NCBI GenBank assembly: GCA_049513915.1
Contig: JBEKVN010000002.1
Coordinates: 242 to 64,241 of the forward strand
From: Candidatus Aminicenantales bacterium
GTDB lineage: Bacteria; Acidobacteriota; Aminicenantia; Aminicenantales; Saccharicenantaceae
Direction: 5' to 3'
DNA: 64,000 nucleotides
The notes below the pieces were generated by a model. That model had not been told where the DNA came from. It was given only the letters and a program-made list of their open reading frames with translations, and searched no databases. A program made the position numbers and the translations under genes. Below are positions 36,108 through 44,746 of the stretch, in pieces. Each line of letters opens with the position of its first letter. Within the stretch, counting starts at the first letter, position 1.

Positions 36108-36695
36108 ATGACCAAACCTTTGGAGAAGTTGTTCGGCTCGCGCACAAGGGCAAGGCTCCTGGGCTGGTTTTTCACTCATTCCGGCGAATCTTTTTCCGTT
36201 CGTCAATTGGCATCGATCCTTAGAGACGACCCGTCCAACCTCAGCCGTGAGATGGCCAAGCTCGAGGACCTCGGCATCCTGATTTCGTATAGGGATAGGA
36301 ATCTTAAGAGTTTCCGCGTGAACGAAGGGTGCTCATTTGGGCCGGAGCTGAAAGCCCTTATCCAAAAAACGACCGGCATCATCGGGCGGCTGAGGACCGC
36401 TCTCCAAACCGTCATGGGAATCGATTTTGCTTTCGTTTATGGATCTTTCGCCAAAGGGACCGAGAATGCCGAGAGTGATGTGGACCTTTTGATCGTCGGC
36501 GAGGCCGATTTGGATCCGCTCGACCGGTTGTTCTCCGGCCTGGAAAGGGATCTCGGCCGGACCATCAACTACGTGCTTTATAGCAAACGCGAGTATGAGG
36601 CCAAGAAGGCCAAGAAAGATGCGTTCCTTCAAGAAGTGCTGAGAGAGGACAGGATCCGGGTTATTGGGGACGGCGATGGACCTGAAGCGGCTTGA
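36108..36695 (+). CDS. Winged-HTH fused to minimal nucleotidyltransferase (MNT/Polβ-like); antitoxin-like or AbiE-like component
   Basis: N-terminal ArsR-like wHTH (RARLLGWFFTHSGESFSVRQLASIL). NTase signature FVYGSFAKGTENAESDVDLLIV (GSx10DxD). The ATG at 36108 is preferred over the upstream GTG at 36066. Confidence 0.65.
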   Translation: MTKPLEKLFGSRTRARLLGWFFTHSGESFSVRQLASILRDDPSNLSREMAKLEDLGILISYRDRNLKSFRVNEGCSFGPELKALIQKTTGIIGRLRTALQTVMGIDFAFVYGSFAKGTENAESDVDLLIVGEADLDPLDRLFSGLERDLGRTINYVLYSKREYEAKKAKKDAFLQEVLREDRIRVIGDGDGPEAA

Positions 36696-37107
36696 AACTC
36701 TTGGGCTCATTGAAAAGATCAGCCCAAATAGAAAGCAGGCCTTAACCCAACTTGGAAGGGCTCGGCGCGATCTCCTGACATCTGGCGCGAACCTGTTGAT
36801 TGATGAAGAATGGGCTTATACGATTGCTTATCACGCCATGCTTCGAGCCGGGCGTGCGCTCCTTTTAGCCTATGGATACCGGGCCAAGGGGAAAGACCAG
36901 CACAAAACCGTCGTGGAGTTCTCGGCGACGATACTCGGCCCCGAATTCAGCCGCCTGGCCATAAGATTTAACCAGATGCGCATGAAGCGGCATGCGTTTA
37001 TTTATGAAGCCGAAAAACCCGTATCACGGACCGAAGCAGAAAAATCCCTCAAAAGCGCCGGCGAATTTGTTAGAGAGATTGCCGGCAGAGTGGAGAGGCT
37101 GATTTAG
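36676..37107 (+). CDS. HEPN-domain protein (putative RNase toxin partner of the upstream MNT)
   Basis: About 140 aa, all-alpha. Rx4-6H-like motif in RFNQMRMKRHAFIYE. Overlaps the MNT gene's 3' end by ~20 nt, as TA pairs usually do. Confidence 0.55.
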   Translation: MDLKRLETLGLIEKISPNRKQALTQLGRARRDLLTSGANLLIDEEWAYTIAYHAMLRAGRALLLAYGYRAKGKDQHKTVVEFSATILGPEFSRLAIRFNQMRMKRHAFIYEAEKPVSRTEAEKSLKSAGEFVREIAGRVERLI

Positions 37108-37198
37108 CCTGATAGATTTCCTGAGAAGAGCGATTTCGTAAATGAAAAAAGCGATTCTTCCAAGTGCAGAAAAGGCGAAACTCGGCGTGAGACCCCGA

Positions 37199-37378
37199 TG
37201 CGGGCTTTGCGGGAAAACGAAAAACCTCACGAAAACGGATTGCTGCGGAAGCTGGATTTGTGACGATTCTCACATGTCTGATTGCCCAGACAGCCATCGA
37301 GCACGGGCTTTACCTTCTCCACAACGATGCCGACTTCGGCCGGATCGCCCGCGTATCCGCGCTAAAAATCTGGGAGTA
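37199..37378 (+). pseudogene. Remnant of a VapC/PIN toxin gene (C-terminal ~55 codons only)
   Basis: The frame after an internal stop reads ...KRIAAEAGFVTILTCLIAQTAIEHGLYLLHNDADFGRIARVSALKIWE*, which matches the C-terminal half of PIN toxins (DLLIAA.A...G..LVT.N..DF..I). It has no PIN N-terminus or start codon. The annotated ORF 37142–37438 is in a different frame (Cys-rich, doubtful). Confidence 0.35.
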
Positions 37379-37415
37379 ACCTGTTGTCGCGGTGCGCCAC
37401 CTAAGGACACTCGAC

Positions 37416-37796
37416 CTATCCCAGGCGATAGGGGATAAGGATGAACGGGTGCCTTTTTTCATCGAAATCCTTCGAGTCTCTAGTCACCAGCTTGAGGCCG
37501 CTCCGAAGGGCCATGGCAGCCTGGAGCGCGTCCGGAAGCCTCCAGCCGTTTCTCTTCCTCAATTCGGCGGCCCTCGTGGCAACATCCTTCGTCAAGGGCA
37601 GGCACTCGAACTGCTCGCATAGCTCATAGGCGGCAAGCGTCTCGTCTTCGGTTCCCCCGCATAACACCTCTGCCCGCGTGATCACGGAAATGACGGCCTC
37701 TCCCTCACGTAGCTTCTGAAGCCATTTCGTCGCCTCTACGATTCCCCGGAGATGGTCGATAAGAACTGTCGAATCCAGAAGATAGACCGGCTTCAC
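37416..37796 (-). CDS. vapC: PIN-domain toxin VapC (second pair)
   Basis: MKPVYLLDSTVLIDHLRG...VITRAEVLCG...LVTRDSKDF is a canonical PIN/VapC. Overlaps the upstream antitoxin gene by 4 nt. Confidence 0.8.
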   Translation of the reverse strand: MKPVYLLDSTVLIDHLRGIVEATKWLQKLREGEAVISVITRAEVLCGGTEDETLAAYELCEQFECLPLTKDVATRAAELRKRNGWRLPDALQAAMALRSGLKLVTRDSKDFDEKRHPFILIPYRLG

Positions 37797-38044
37797 GTTT
37801 TACGCTCCCACTCCTTGCGCAGAGCGTCGACATGGTCCCGCGTGTCGCCCTTGACCGAGGTCCAGATTCCGGCCGTTTCGCGGAGGACCCCGGCCAGGCC
37901 TTTCTGGGATTTCTTAAGGCGGTATTCCCTGATCGCGCGGCGGACGACCTCGGCGCTCGAGATCCTGTGACGCCGGCTGTAGCTCTCAAGCCACTTCTTT
38001 TCGTCTTCGGGTATCGATACGATTGTCCTGGTCATGGCGGCCAT
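37793..38044 (-). CDS. vapB: Ribbon-helix-helix (CopG/VapB-type) antitoxin
   Basis: ...MTRTIVSIPEDEKKWLESYSRRHRISSAEVVRRAIREYRL is an RHH fold signature. Alternative starts at 38035, 38044 and 38053 (GTG). Confidence 0.65.
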   Translation of the reverse strand: MAAMTRTIVSIPEDEKKWLESYSRRHRISSAEVVRRAIREYRLKKSQKGLAGVLRETAGIWTSVKGDTRDHVDALRKEWERKT

Positions 38045-38047
38045 CTC

Positions 38048-38084
38048 GATCACCTCACCCTATATATATCAGTAAGGTGATATC
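38048..38084. promoter_or_regulatory. Candidate vapBC-2 operator/promoter: GATCACCT…(TATATATAT)…AGGTGATATC inverted repeat
   Basis: 7/8-bp inverted repeat around a TATATATAT core, overlapping or just upstream of the RHH antitoxin start. Confidence 0.35.
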
Positions 38085-38180
38085 ATGTCAACGCGTTTGC
38101 TCAAAGACCGTTACCGGTGACCGAACGCGCCCGCAGCATGATAGACGCCTCCCGATGGCTTTTTTCTCTCGGAGTGAGAA

Positions 38181-38241
38181 AGAAGGGGTCGTATCTACGC
38201 ATTACGCATTTTCCGCGTAATGCGTAGATACGACCCCTTCT
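38181..38241. repeat. Intergenic perfect 27-bp inverted repeat with AGAAGGGGTC…GACCCCTTCT termini (same terminal motif as the 28738–28823 hrpA element)
   Basis: AGAAGGGGTCGTATCTACGCATTACGC attttcc GCGTAATGCGTAGATACGACCCCTTCT. Lies between the vapB start region and the stop of the glycine-zipper gene. Confidence 0.85.
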
Positions 38242-38249
38242 ACTCCAGT

Positions 38250-38801
38250 TTACCTGAATTCCGGGACGCGGGCCTTTTTTCTGAGGGCTTCGATGGCGGC
38301 GTTGATTTTGTCCGGCGTCTCTCCCCGGAAGTTGTAGACTTTGTCCTTGCTGAGCAAGATCCCGAGTCCGTACCCGGCCCCGCCGCCGATGACCACCCCC
38401 AGCCCGGCGAACGGCCATTGCGTTGATTTGGTGACCGGGATATGGGTTTCGTCGCCCTTTTTCCCCAGGGCAAAACCGATAAAGCCGCCGGCCACCGCGC
38501 CGATAACGAGTGTCAAGGGCTTCAGGGACTCGCGCACGACACCGACCGTATCGATGTCCCTGATCTCCACCGTTCTCTCCCGGGAGCCGACCTGGACGAC
38601 GATTTTGTCCCCGCTGATCCCGATCAATTCGCCCAGGATCGTCCCGGGAGATATCAGGGTCACCCGGACCTCAGCGCCCTGTTGCCGCACAGCCAGGGCT
38701 GCCTGGGGCACTCCGGCCATCATGACGGCCATCCCCGACACGATGAGGCCCAGCCGCATCCGTCGCCAGCTGAAACCCTTAATTTTCGCCCATCCGTTCA
38801 T
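38250..38801 (-). CDS. Exported hypothetical protein with glycine-zipper motifs
   Basis: N-terminal signal/TM MRLGLIVSGMAVMMAGVPQAALA. G-x3-G repeats (VIGAVAGGFIGFALG; GLGVVIGGGAGYGLGILL). Confidence 0.45.
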   Translation of the reverse strand: MNGWAKIKGFSWRRMRLGLIVSGMAVMMAGVPQAALAVRQQGAEVRVTLISPGTILGELIGISGDKIVVQVGSRERTVEIRDIDTVGVVRESLKPLTLVIGAVAGGFIGFALGKKGDETHIPVTKSTQWPFAGLGVVIGGGAGYGLGILLSKDKVYNFRGETPDKINAAIEALRKKARVPEFR

Positions 38802-38887
38802 CGCCGCACCGCCTTCCTATATTCGAGGCCTTATCCATAATCCTCTCGGCGGCCGGCGATGTCAAGAATTGATGAATCCGGGCGTGG

Positions 38888-38996
38888 CTTTAAGTCCGCG
38901 TTTTCGAGGCCCAAAACGAGGACTTAAGGCTTAAAACAGGCTCCAAGAGCGAGCTAACTCTAATTATAGCAATAAGATGATTTGGTCCGACCCCAA
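38888..38996. repeat. Composite palindromic repeat locus E (hairpin CTTTAAGTCCGCGTTTTCGAGGCCCAAAACGAGGACTTAAGG + TTGGTCCGACCCCAA box)
   Basis: Hairpin at 38888–38929. Box at 38982–38996, preceded by AATAAGATGAT. Intergenic between the glycine-zipper protein gene and the hybrid kinase gene. Confidence 0.8.
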
Positions 38997-39097
38997 TAAG
39001 ATATCCCCCCCAATTCCATCTCAAAAGGCGATGGCCCCCCGTGGCCGGTTCCCTGACCATATGGATTGATGGGAAACCCTGTCCGAGGGACGGTTGA

Positions 39098-41383
39098 ATG
39101 AGCACGCGCACGGTTGAATCGAAGGCCCCCGCCGGCCAATTGCCGGAGAGCCGGGAACGATTCTCTTCCATCGTTGAAAATTCGCAAGCGGCGATTTTCA
39201 TCATGGACCAGGCCTTCCGGATCCTCTACGTGAACGGCGAGGCCGCCCGAATCTCGGGATTTTCCCGTGAGGAGATGGCCGGCCGGGATTTTCTGATATT
39301 CGTCGACGCCAAGAGCCTGCCGCTCGTGAGGTACTATCAGAACTGCCGGCAGGGCGGAGAGTATGCCCCTTCAAGTTATGAATTCGTTTTCGTCCGAAGA
39401 GACGGGGAGAGAAGGTTCGTAGAATGCAGCGCCTCCCTGATCAAGAATTCGAAGGGAATGTCCGAAACCGTGCTGCAGCTCCTGGACATCACGGACCGGC
39501 TGCAGGCGGGGGAAGACTTGAAGAGCTCGCATGAGATCTTCAAGATCATTTTCGAATACGCGCCCGATAGCATCTTTCTGATCGACCGGAAAGGGATATT
39601 CATCAACGGCAACCGAATGGTGGAAGAATTGACCGGCTATTCGAGGAAGGAAATCATCGGCAATAGCTTCCTGACGTTGGGGCTTCTGCCCCGCGGTCAA
39701 ATTGTCAAAGCGACCGGACTTCTGGCCAAAAGCATCCTGGGCAAGGCCACCGGCCCGGACGGATTGGTTCTGAGAAGAAAAGACGGGTCCGAGTTTCCCG
39801 TTGAAATCAGCACCTATCCCGTCAAAGTCAACGGCCAAACCATCGCTCTAGGGATCGCCCGGGATATAACGGAGCGTAAGCGATCCGAGGAAAACCTGGC
39901 CAAACACCAGGAAAACCTCTGGAACCTCATCAAGGAGCGAACCAAGGAGCTCGAGGAGGCCAAGCAGGCCGCAGATGCGGCCAACCGGGCCAAGAGCGCC
40001 TTTCTCGCCAATATGTCCCACGAGATCCGGACGCCGATGAACGCCATCCTCGGATTCACCCAGCTCATGCAGCGCGACGAAACGCTGGCCGCCCACCAGA
40101 GGCGGCACCTGGACGTCATCAACAGGAGCGGCGAGCACCTGCTGGCCTTGATTACCGACATCCTGGAAATGTCGAAGATCGAGGCCGGCCGGATCACCTT
40201 GAACCCGACGACATTCAGCCTCCAGTCCCTGCTCACCGACTTGGAGATGATATTCCGGCCGCCTGCCGACGCGAAGAATCTCCATTTCAAGGTGGAATGC
40301 CCGGACGACATGCCTCGCTATGTGGAGGGGGACGAAGGCAAACTGCGCCAGATCCTCATCAACCTGCTGGGGAACGCGGTGAAATTCACCCAGGCGGGCG
40401 GCATCGTCTTGAGGGCGCGGCTGGACCCCGAGGGTCCGGACAAGCTGAGGCTCAGCGCGGAAGTCGAGGACTCGGGTCCGGGCATTCCGGAGAAGGAGCA
40501 GGAAAGCCTGTTCACGCCTTTTCAACAAACCCAGAACGGGCGCCGGATGGGGACGGGTACGGGCCTGGGGCTGGCCATCTGCAGGGAATTTGTCCATCTG
40601 ATGGGAGGGGACATCACGGTCAGCAGCCAGCCCGGGAAGGGGAGCCTGTTCAAGTTCCATGTCCTACTGGGAGAGGGGGAGATTGCCGCGGCCGAAAAAA
40701 AATCGGAATCCTACAGGATCAAGAGCCTGCAGCCCGGACAACCAGCCTGTCGAATCATGATCGTCGATGACGAAGACATCAACGGCGCCCTCGTCGCTCA
40801 GATGCTCGGCAGCATCGGGTTCGATACGGGCCGGGCCGCCAACGGCAAGGAAGCCGTTGAGCGGTTCACGGCCTGGCATCCCCACTTGATCCTCATGGAC
40901 ATGCGTTTGCCGGTGATGGATGGGTGTGAAGCCATCCGCCGCATCAGGGCCGGCCCGGGGGGGGCGGACGTCAAGATCATCAGCGTGACCGCCAGCGCCT
41001 TCGAAGAGAACCGCAGGGAAGCGCTCGAAGCCGGCGCCGACGACTTTCTGGCCAAGCCTTTCCGCGAGGCCGTGCTTTTCGAGAAGGTCAAAAAGCTGTT
41101 GGGCATCGAGTATGTGCTCTTGGAGGACACGACGCCCGAGAAAAACCCGCCCCGCGCGGCCGCCACAAGCGCGGTAACGGCGGAAGTCCTGGCCTCTCTA
41201 CCCAGGGATTTCATCCGGAAGATGCGCGAAGCTGTCATCCAGGCGGACTATGACCGGATGATGGGGTTGATCGGCAGCGTGGAAGGCCACAGCGCCCCCG
41301 TCGCCCAGGTGCTCCGGGGCCTCGTCGAACGTTTCGAATACAAGGAACTTTTGGATCTATTGCAAAAGCGAAGGAGCAACTGA
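39098..41383 (+). CDS. Hybrid sensor histidine kinase / response regulator (PAS–PAS–HisKA–HATPase–REC)
   Basis: Two PAS-like segments. H-box SHEIRTPMNAILGF. N/G boxes LINLLGNAVKFT and GTGLGLAIC. Receiver MIVDDEDING...ILMDMRLPVMDG. Confidence 0.85.
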   Translation: MSTRTVESKAPAGQLPESRERFSSIVENSQAAIFIMDQAFRILYVNGEAARISGFSREEMAGRDFLIFVDAKSLPLVRYYQNCRQGGEYAPSSYEFVFVRRDGERRFVECSASLIKNSKGMSETVLQLLDITDRLQAGEDLKSSHEIFKIIFEYAPDSIFLIDRKGIFINGNRMVEELTGYSRKEIIGNSFLTLGLLPRGQIVKATGLLAKSILGKATGPDGLVLRRKDGSEFPVEISTYPVKVNGQTIALGIARDITERKRSEENLAKHQENLWNLIKERTKELEEAKQAADAANRAKSAFLANMSHEIRTPMNAILGFTQLMQRDETLAAHQRRHLDVINRSGEHLLALITDILEMSKIEAGRITLNPTTFSLQSLLTDLEMIFRPPADAKNLHFKVECPDDMPRYVEGDEGKLRQILINLLGNAVKFTQAGGIVLRARLDPEGPDKLRLSAEVEDSGPGIPEKEQESLFTPFQQTQNGRRMGTGTGLGLAICREFVHLMGGDITVSSQPGKGSLFKFHVLLGEGEIAAAEKKSESYRIKSLQPGQPACRIMIVDDEDINGALVAQMLGSIGFDTGRAANGKEAVERFTAWHPHLILMDMRLPVMDGCEAIRRIRAGPGGADVKIISVTASAFEENRREALEAGADDFLAKPFREAVLFEKVKKLLGIEYVLLEDTTPEKNPPRAAATSAVTAEVLASLPRDFIRKMREAVIQADYDRMMGLIGSVEGHSAPVAQVLRGLVERFEYKELLDLLQKRRSN

Positions 41384-42480
41384 TGAAAATAACCCTCACT
41401 TATCCGGGCAAGCCGGATATTCTCGTCGTGGACGATACGGCCTCGAACCTCCAGCTTCTGACGAACATGCTGAAGGAACGGGGGTACAAAACGCGGCCGG
41501 TGCCCAGCGGGATGCAGGCCCTTCAGGCCGCCTTGAGCGACCCCCCGGACCTGATCCTGCTCGACGTCAACATGCCGCAGATGAATGGGTTCGAGGTGTG
41601 CCAAAGCCTGAAAGCCGACGAAAAGTTGAAGGACATCCCGGTCATCTTCATCAGCGCTCTCAACGAGGTGCTGGACAAGGTCAAGGCCTTCTCGGTCGGC
41701 GGTGTGGACTACATCACCAAGCCGTTCCAGTTCGACGAAGTCCAGGCCCGGGTGGATACGCACTTGAAGCTCCGGCACCTTCAGAAGGAACTTGAGAAGC
41801 ACAACCAGCAACTGGGAAAACTCGTTCAGGCCCAAGTGAAGAAGATCTCGGACACGCAAATGGCGTTGATATTCGCCCTGGCCAAGCTGGCGGAATCGCG
41901 GGATGACGATTCGGGGATGCACCTCGAACGTGTCCAGGCCTTCTGCAAAACGCTGGCCGAAGGGCTGGCCCGGCGCCCGCATTTCGGCGGGCAGGTCGAC
42001 GGGAAATTCATCGAGAACATTTTTCACGCGAGCCCGCTCCACGACATCGGCAAGGTCGCCATCCCGGATCGCATCATCCTCAAACCCGGCAAACTAACCC
42101 CTGAGGAATTCGAGGTGATGAAAACCCACGCCAAGATGGGGGCCGAAAAGTTGGAGGCCGTCCAGCGAAGATTCCCCGGAAACGCACTGCTCGATATGGG
42201 AATCGCCATCGCCAGGTTCCATCATGAAAAGTGGAGCGGGGAAGGTTATCCCCAGGGCTTGGCGGGCGAGGCCATCCCGCTTTGCGCGCGTATCATGGCG
42301 GTCGTGGACGTTTATGAGACCTTGCGGGCGAAGCGCTGCTACAAGCCCGCCTTCACTCATGAAGAGAGCGCGGAGATCATCATCAATTCGAGCGGGACGC
42401 ACTTCGATCCCGAGATCGTCAAGGTCTTTGTCGAACTCAAGGAAGAATTCAGAGCAATACGCGACGGGATGAAGGATTAG
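41383..42480 (+). CDS. Response regulator with HD-GYP phosphodiesterase output domain
   Basis: REC (ILVVDDTASNLQLL...LILLDVNMPQMNG) followed by HD-GYP motifs LHDIGKVAIPD and HHEKWSGEGYPQGL. Start overlaps the stop of the hybrid kinase. Confidence 0.85.
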   Translation: MKITLTYPGKPDILVVDDTASNLQLLTNMLKERGYKTRPVPSGMQALQAALSDPPDLILLDVNMPQMNGFEVCQSLKADEKLKDIPVIFISALNEVLDKVKAFSVGGVDYITKPFQFDEVQARVDTHLKLRHLQKELEKHNQQLGKLVQAQVKKISDTQMALIFALAKLAESRDDDSGMHLERVQAFCKTLAEGLARRPHFGGQVDGKFIENIFHASPLHDIGKVAIPDRIILKPGKLTPEEFEVMKTHAKMGAEKLEAVQRRFPGNALLDMGIAIARFHHEKWSGEGYPQGLAGEAIPLCARIMAVVDVYETLRAKRCYKPAFTHEESAEIIINSSGTHFDPEIVKVFVELKEEFRAIRDGMKD

Positions 42481-42892
42481 CGGCGGGGGGGCTCTTCTCC
42501 GTGGCAGTATTTGTCACGCAGGCGCGGGAATCGACCAGCGAAGCGCAAAGATTTGGCGAATCTGGGCGGAACAAATCTACGCTGTCCCCATTATTTCTCT
42601 TGACATTTGAGGTTTGGATAATTTAGGATTCAAATAACCTTTCTACTTAGAAAGGTCAAGGAAGGGTTGTTTAGTTGGCGGAACCGATCGGCACCGAAGA
42701 AGGGGCAGCACCAATCCTCTCTCTTTTTTATTGTGAAGTGACCTCTGTGCATTGCCCTTTATGTCCCCGACCCTGCATTATCTAAATTTCGGTGCCGGCC
42801 TGCCGCGGTTCTTATGAGCATCTGCGGTAGATGATGTGTGCGTGTTTTCGCCGTCCGCCTGCCTTCAGGCGCCCAAGGGCGGTAGCCTGTAA

Positions 42893-43040
42893 GGAAATTC
42901 GGGACACGGAAATTCGGGACATGTAACAATTCTCTGGAATTGGTACGTGTCCCAGGAATTTCCGTACGTGTCCCAGGAATTTCCGTACGTGTCCCAAGAA
43001 TTCCCGATCTCTTGAACCGGTGCGTGTCACCAGATTTCGT
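42893..43040. repeat. REP array: two inverted copies plus three to four tandem direct copies of a ~21-bp unit (core GGGACAC / GTGTCCC) immediately upstream of the RAYT gene
   Basis: Inverted units GGAAATTCGGGACACG and GAAATTCGGGACATG at 42893–42923. Tandem direct units TACGTGTCCCAGGAATTTCCG ×2 and TACGTGTCCCAAGAATTCCCG at 42945–43007. Degenerate fourth copy TGCGTGTCACCAGATTTCG at 43021–43039. Confidence 0.8.
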
Positions 43041-43052
43041 TATTGAGATAAA

Positions 43053-43733
43053 ATGGCCCGTCTCGCCCGTTCCATCCTCGTTGGCTACCCGCACCAGGTT
43101 ACCCAGCGCGGGAACTACGACCAGAATATCTTCCAGGAGGACGCGGACTACCGGCGCTACCTGGAATGGCTTTGCGAGTCCTCGACCCGGTACTCAACGG
43201 CCATTTGGGCTTATTGCCTGATGCCGAACCATGTCCATTACGTCTGCGTTCCCAGTGCCGCGGACGGGCTGTCCCGCACGTTCAATACCCTTCACATGAA
43301 GTACGCCCAACACGTCCACAGGAAAAAAGGCGTGACGGGCCACCTCTGGCGGGGGAGGTTCCTCTCGTGCATCCTCGACAATCCGAGCGTTTTCGAGGAG
43401 GTCAGGTTTATCGAAAACAATCCCATCAGGATGGGCCTCGTCGAGCGGCCCGAGGATTATCCCTGGTCAAGCGCCAGGAGCCACATCCTAGGCACACCTG
43501 ATCCAGCCCTCGCGGAAGGCTGCTTCCTGAAGGGTGAGGTCCTGGACTGGCGCGCCTATTTGGCGTCGGCACAGAATGAGGGTGTCGTTCGGCGGACCTG
43601 GGAGAGGCTGAAGACGGGGCGGCCTGCCGGGGATGAGGGATTCGTGCGCGGCCTCGAGAAGCTGACCGGCCGCCGGCTCGCGGCGTTGCCGAGGGGAAGG
43701 CCGAGGAAAAACACGGTCGCAGTGATAAAATGA
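43053..43733 (+). mobile_element. IS200/IS605-family Y1 (HUH) transposase of the REP-associated tyrosine transposase (RAYT) type
   Basis: HUH motif in YCLMPNHVHYVCVP. C-terminal IENNPIRMGLVERPEDYPWSSA contains the catalytic Tyr context Y-x-WSS seen in TnpA_REP/RAYT proteins. N-terminal GYPHQVTQRGN. Flanked by its own REP array. Confidence 0.75.
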
Positions 43734-43788
43734 CAACGTTGACGATTGGAAATCATAGCTTTTGGGAACACCTGAAAAGGAGCAGTTG

Positions 43789-44742
43789 ATGAAACGAGCT
43801 TTGGTTTGCGGGGCGGGCGGTTTCATAGGCAGCCATCTCGTCAAGAAATTGAAAAAAGAAGGCTATTGGGTTCGCGGCGTTGATATAAAGAACCCGGAAT
43901 TCTCGCCCACGGCTGCGGATGAATTCATGCTCCTAGACCTTCGGGAAAAGCCTAATGCCGAGAAGGCTCTATCTGGTCCTCTTGATGAAGTTTACCAACT
44001 GGCCGCTGATATGGGGGGCATGGGCTTCATCCATTCAGCGGAGACCGAAATTATGCGCAACAGCGTTCTTATCAATATCAACATGACTCACGCTGCCGCT
44101 GAGGCAAAAATCCCCCGGTATTTCTTTTCTTCTTCCGTTTGCATTTATCGCGATATGCAGCCCGAAGAACCTGAAATGTCCGAGGAAGAAGCCTATCCCG
44201 CTCTCCCCGATAATGAATACGGCTGGGAAAAGCTTTATTCCGAGAGAATGGCCTTTGCCTATGGGCGTCGCTACGGCATGCAGATCCGGATAGCGCGGTT
44301 TCAAAACTGCTACGGAGCGGAAGGCACATGGAGGGGCGGTCGCGAGAAGGCCCCAGCCGCGATCTGCCGCAAGGTCGCCCAAGCCAAAGATGGCGGGACA
44401 ATCGAAGCCTGGGGAGACGGAACGGCTATCCGTTCCTACACCTATATCGATGATATGTTGGAGGGCATTTATCTCCTCATGCATTCGGACCTTAAGGTTC
44501 CCGTGAATATTGGCTGCCCTCAATATGTCTCGGTCAAAGAGCTGATCGACACAGTTGCCCAAGTGGCCGGCAAAAAGGTGCTAATTAAGTGGATTAAGGG
44601 GCCTGTCGGAGTCCAATCCCGCAATTTCAGCAATGCCAAGATCTATTCACTAGGCTGGAAGTCCAAATATTCCCTGAAAGACGGAATCGCTCTCACCTAC
44701 CCCTGGGTTGCAGAACAAGCCAACAAAGCGAAAAAAGGGTAA
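43789..44742 (+). CDS. GDP-mannose 3,5-epimerase (GME)-like NAD-dependent epimerase
   Basis: [18 protein letters not shown]..., [11 protein letters not shown] and [26 protein letters not shown] closely mirror plant/bacterial GME signatures (ADMGGMGFI; [17 protein letters not shown]). AGGAG RBS before the ATG at 43789. Confidence 0.7.
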   Translation: MKRALVCGAGGFIGSHLVKKLKKEGYWVRGVDIKNPEFSPTAADEFMLLDLREKPNAEKALSGPLDEVYQLAADMGGMGFIHSAETEIMRNSVLININMTHAAAEAKIPRYFFSSSVCIYRDMQPEEPEMSEEEAYPALPDNEYGWEKLYSERMAFAYGRRYGMQIRIARFQNCYGAEGTWRGGREKAPAAICRKVAQAKDGGTIEAWGDGTAIRSYTYIDDMLEGIYLLMHSDLKVPVNIGCPQYVSVKELIDTVAQVAGKKVLIKWIKGPVGVQSRNFSNAKIYSLGWKSKYSLKDGIALTYPWVAEQANKAKKG

Positions 44743-44746
44743 GAAT

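Noticed and set aside
37142-37438. 98-aa Cys-rich ORF (MKKAILPSAEKAKLGVRPRCGLCGK…)
   Set aside because: Its downstream two-thirds are out of frame with the recognisable VapC remnant and overlap the convergent vapC gene on the other strand. At most its first ~40 codons could be real, with no family support.
42759-43094. Minus-strand ORF encoding a …GTRTEIPGTRTEIPGTRT… repetitive protein
   Set aside because: This is a translation artefact of the tandem 21-bp REP array. It overlaps the RAYT start and has no coding signal.
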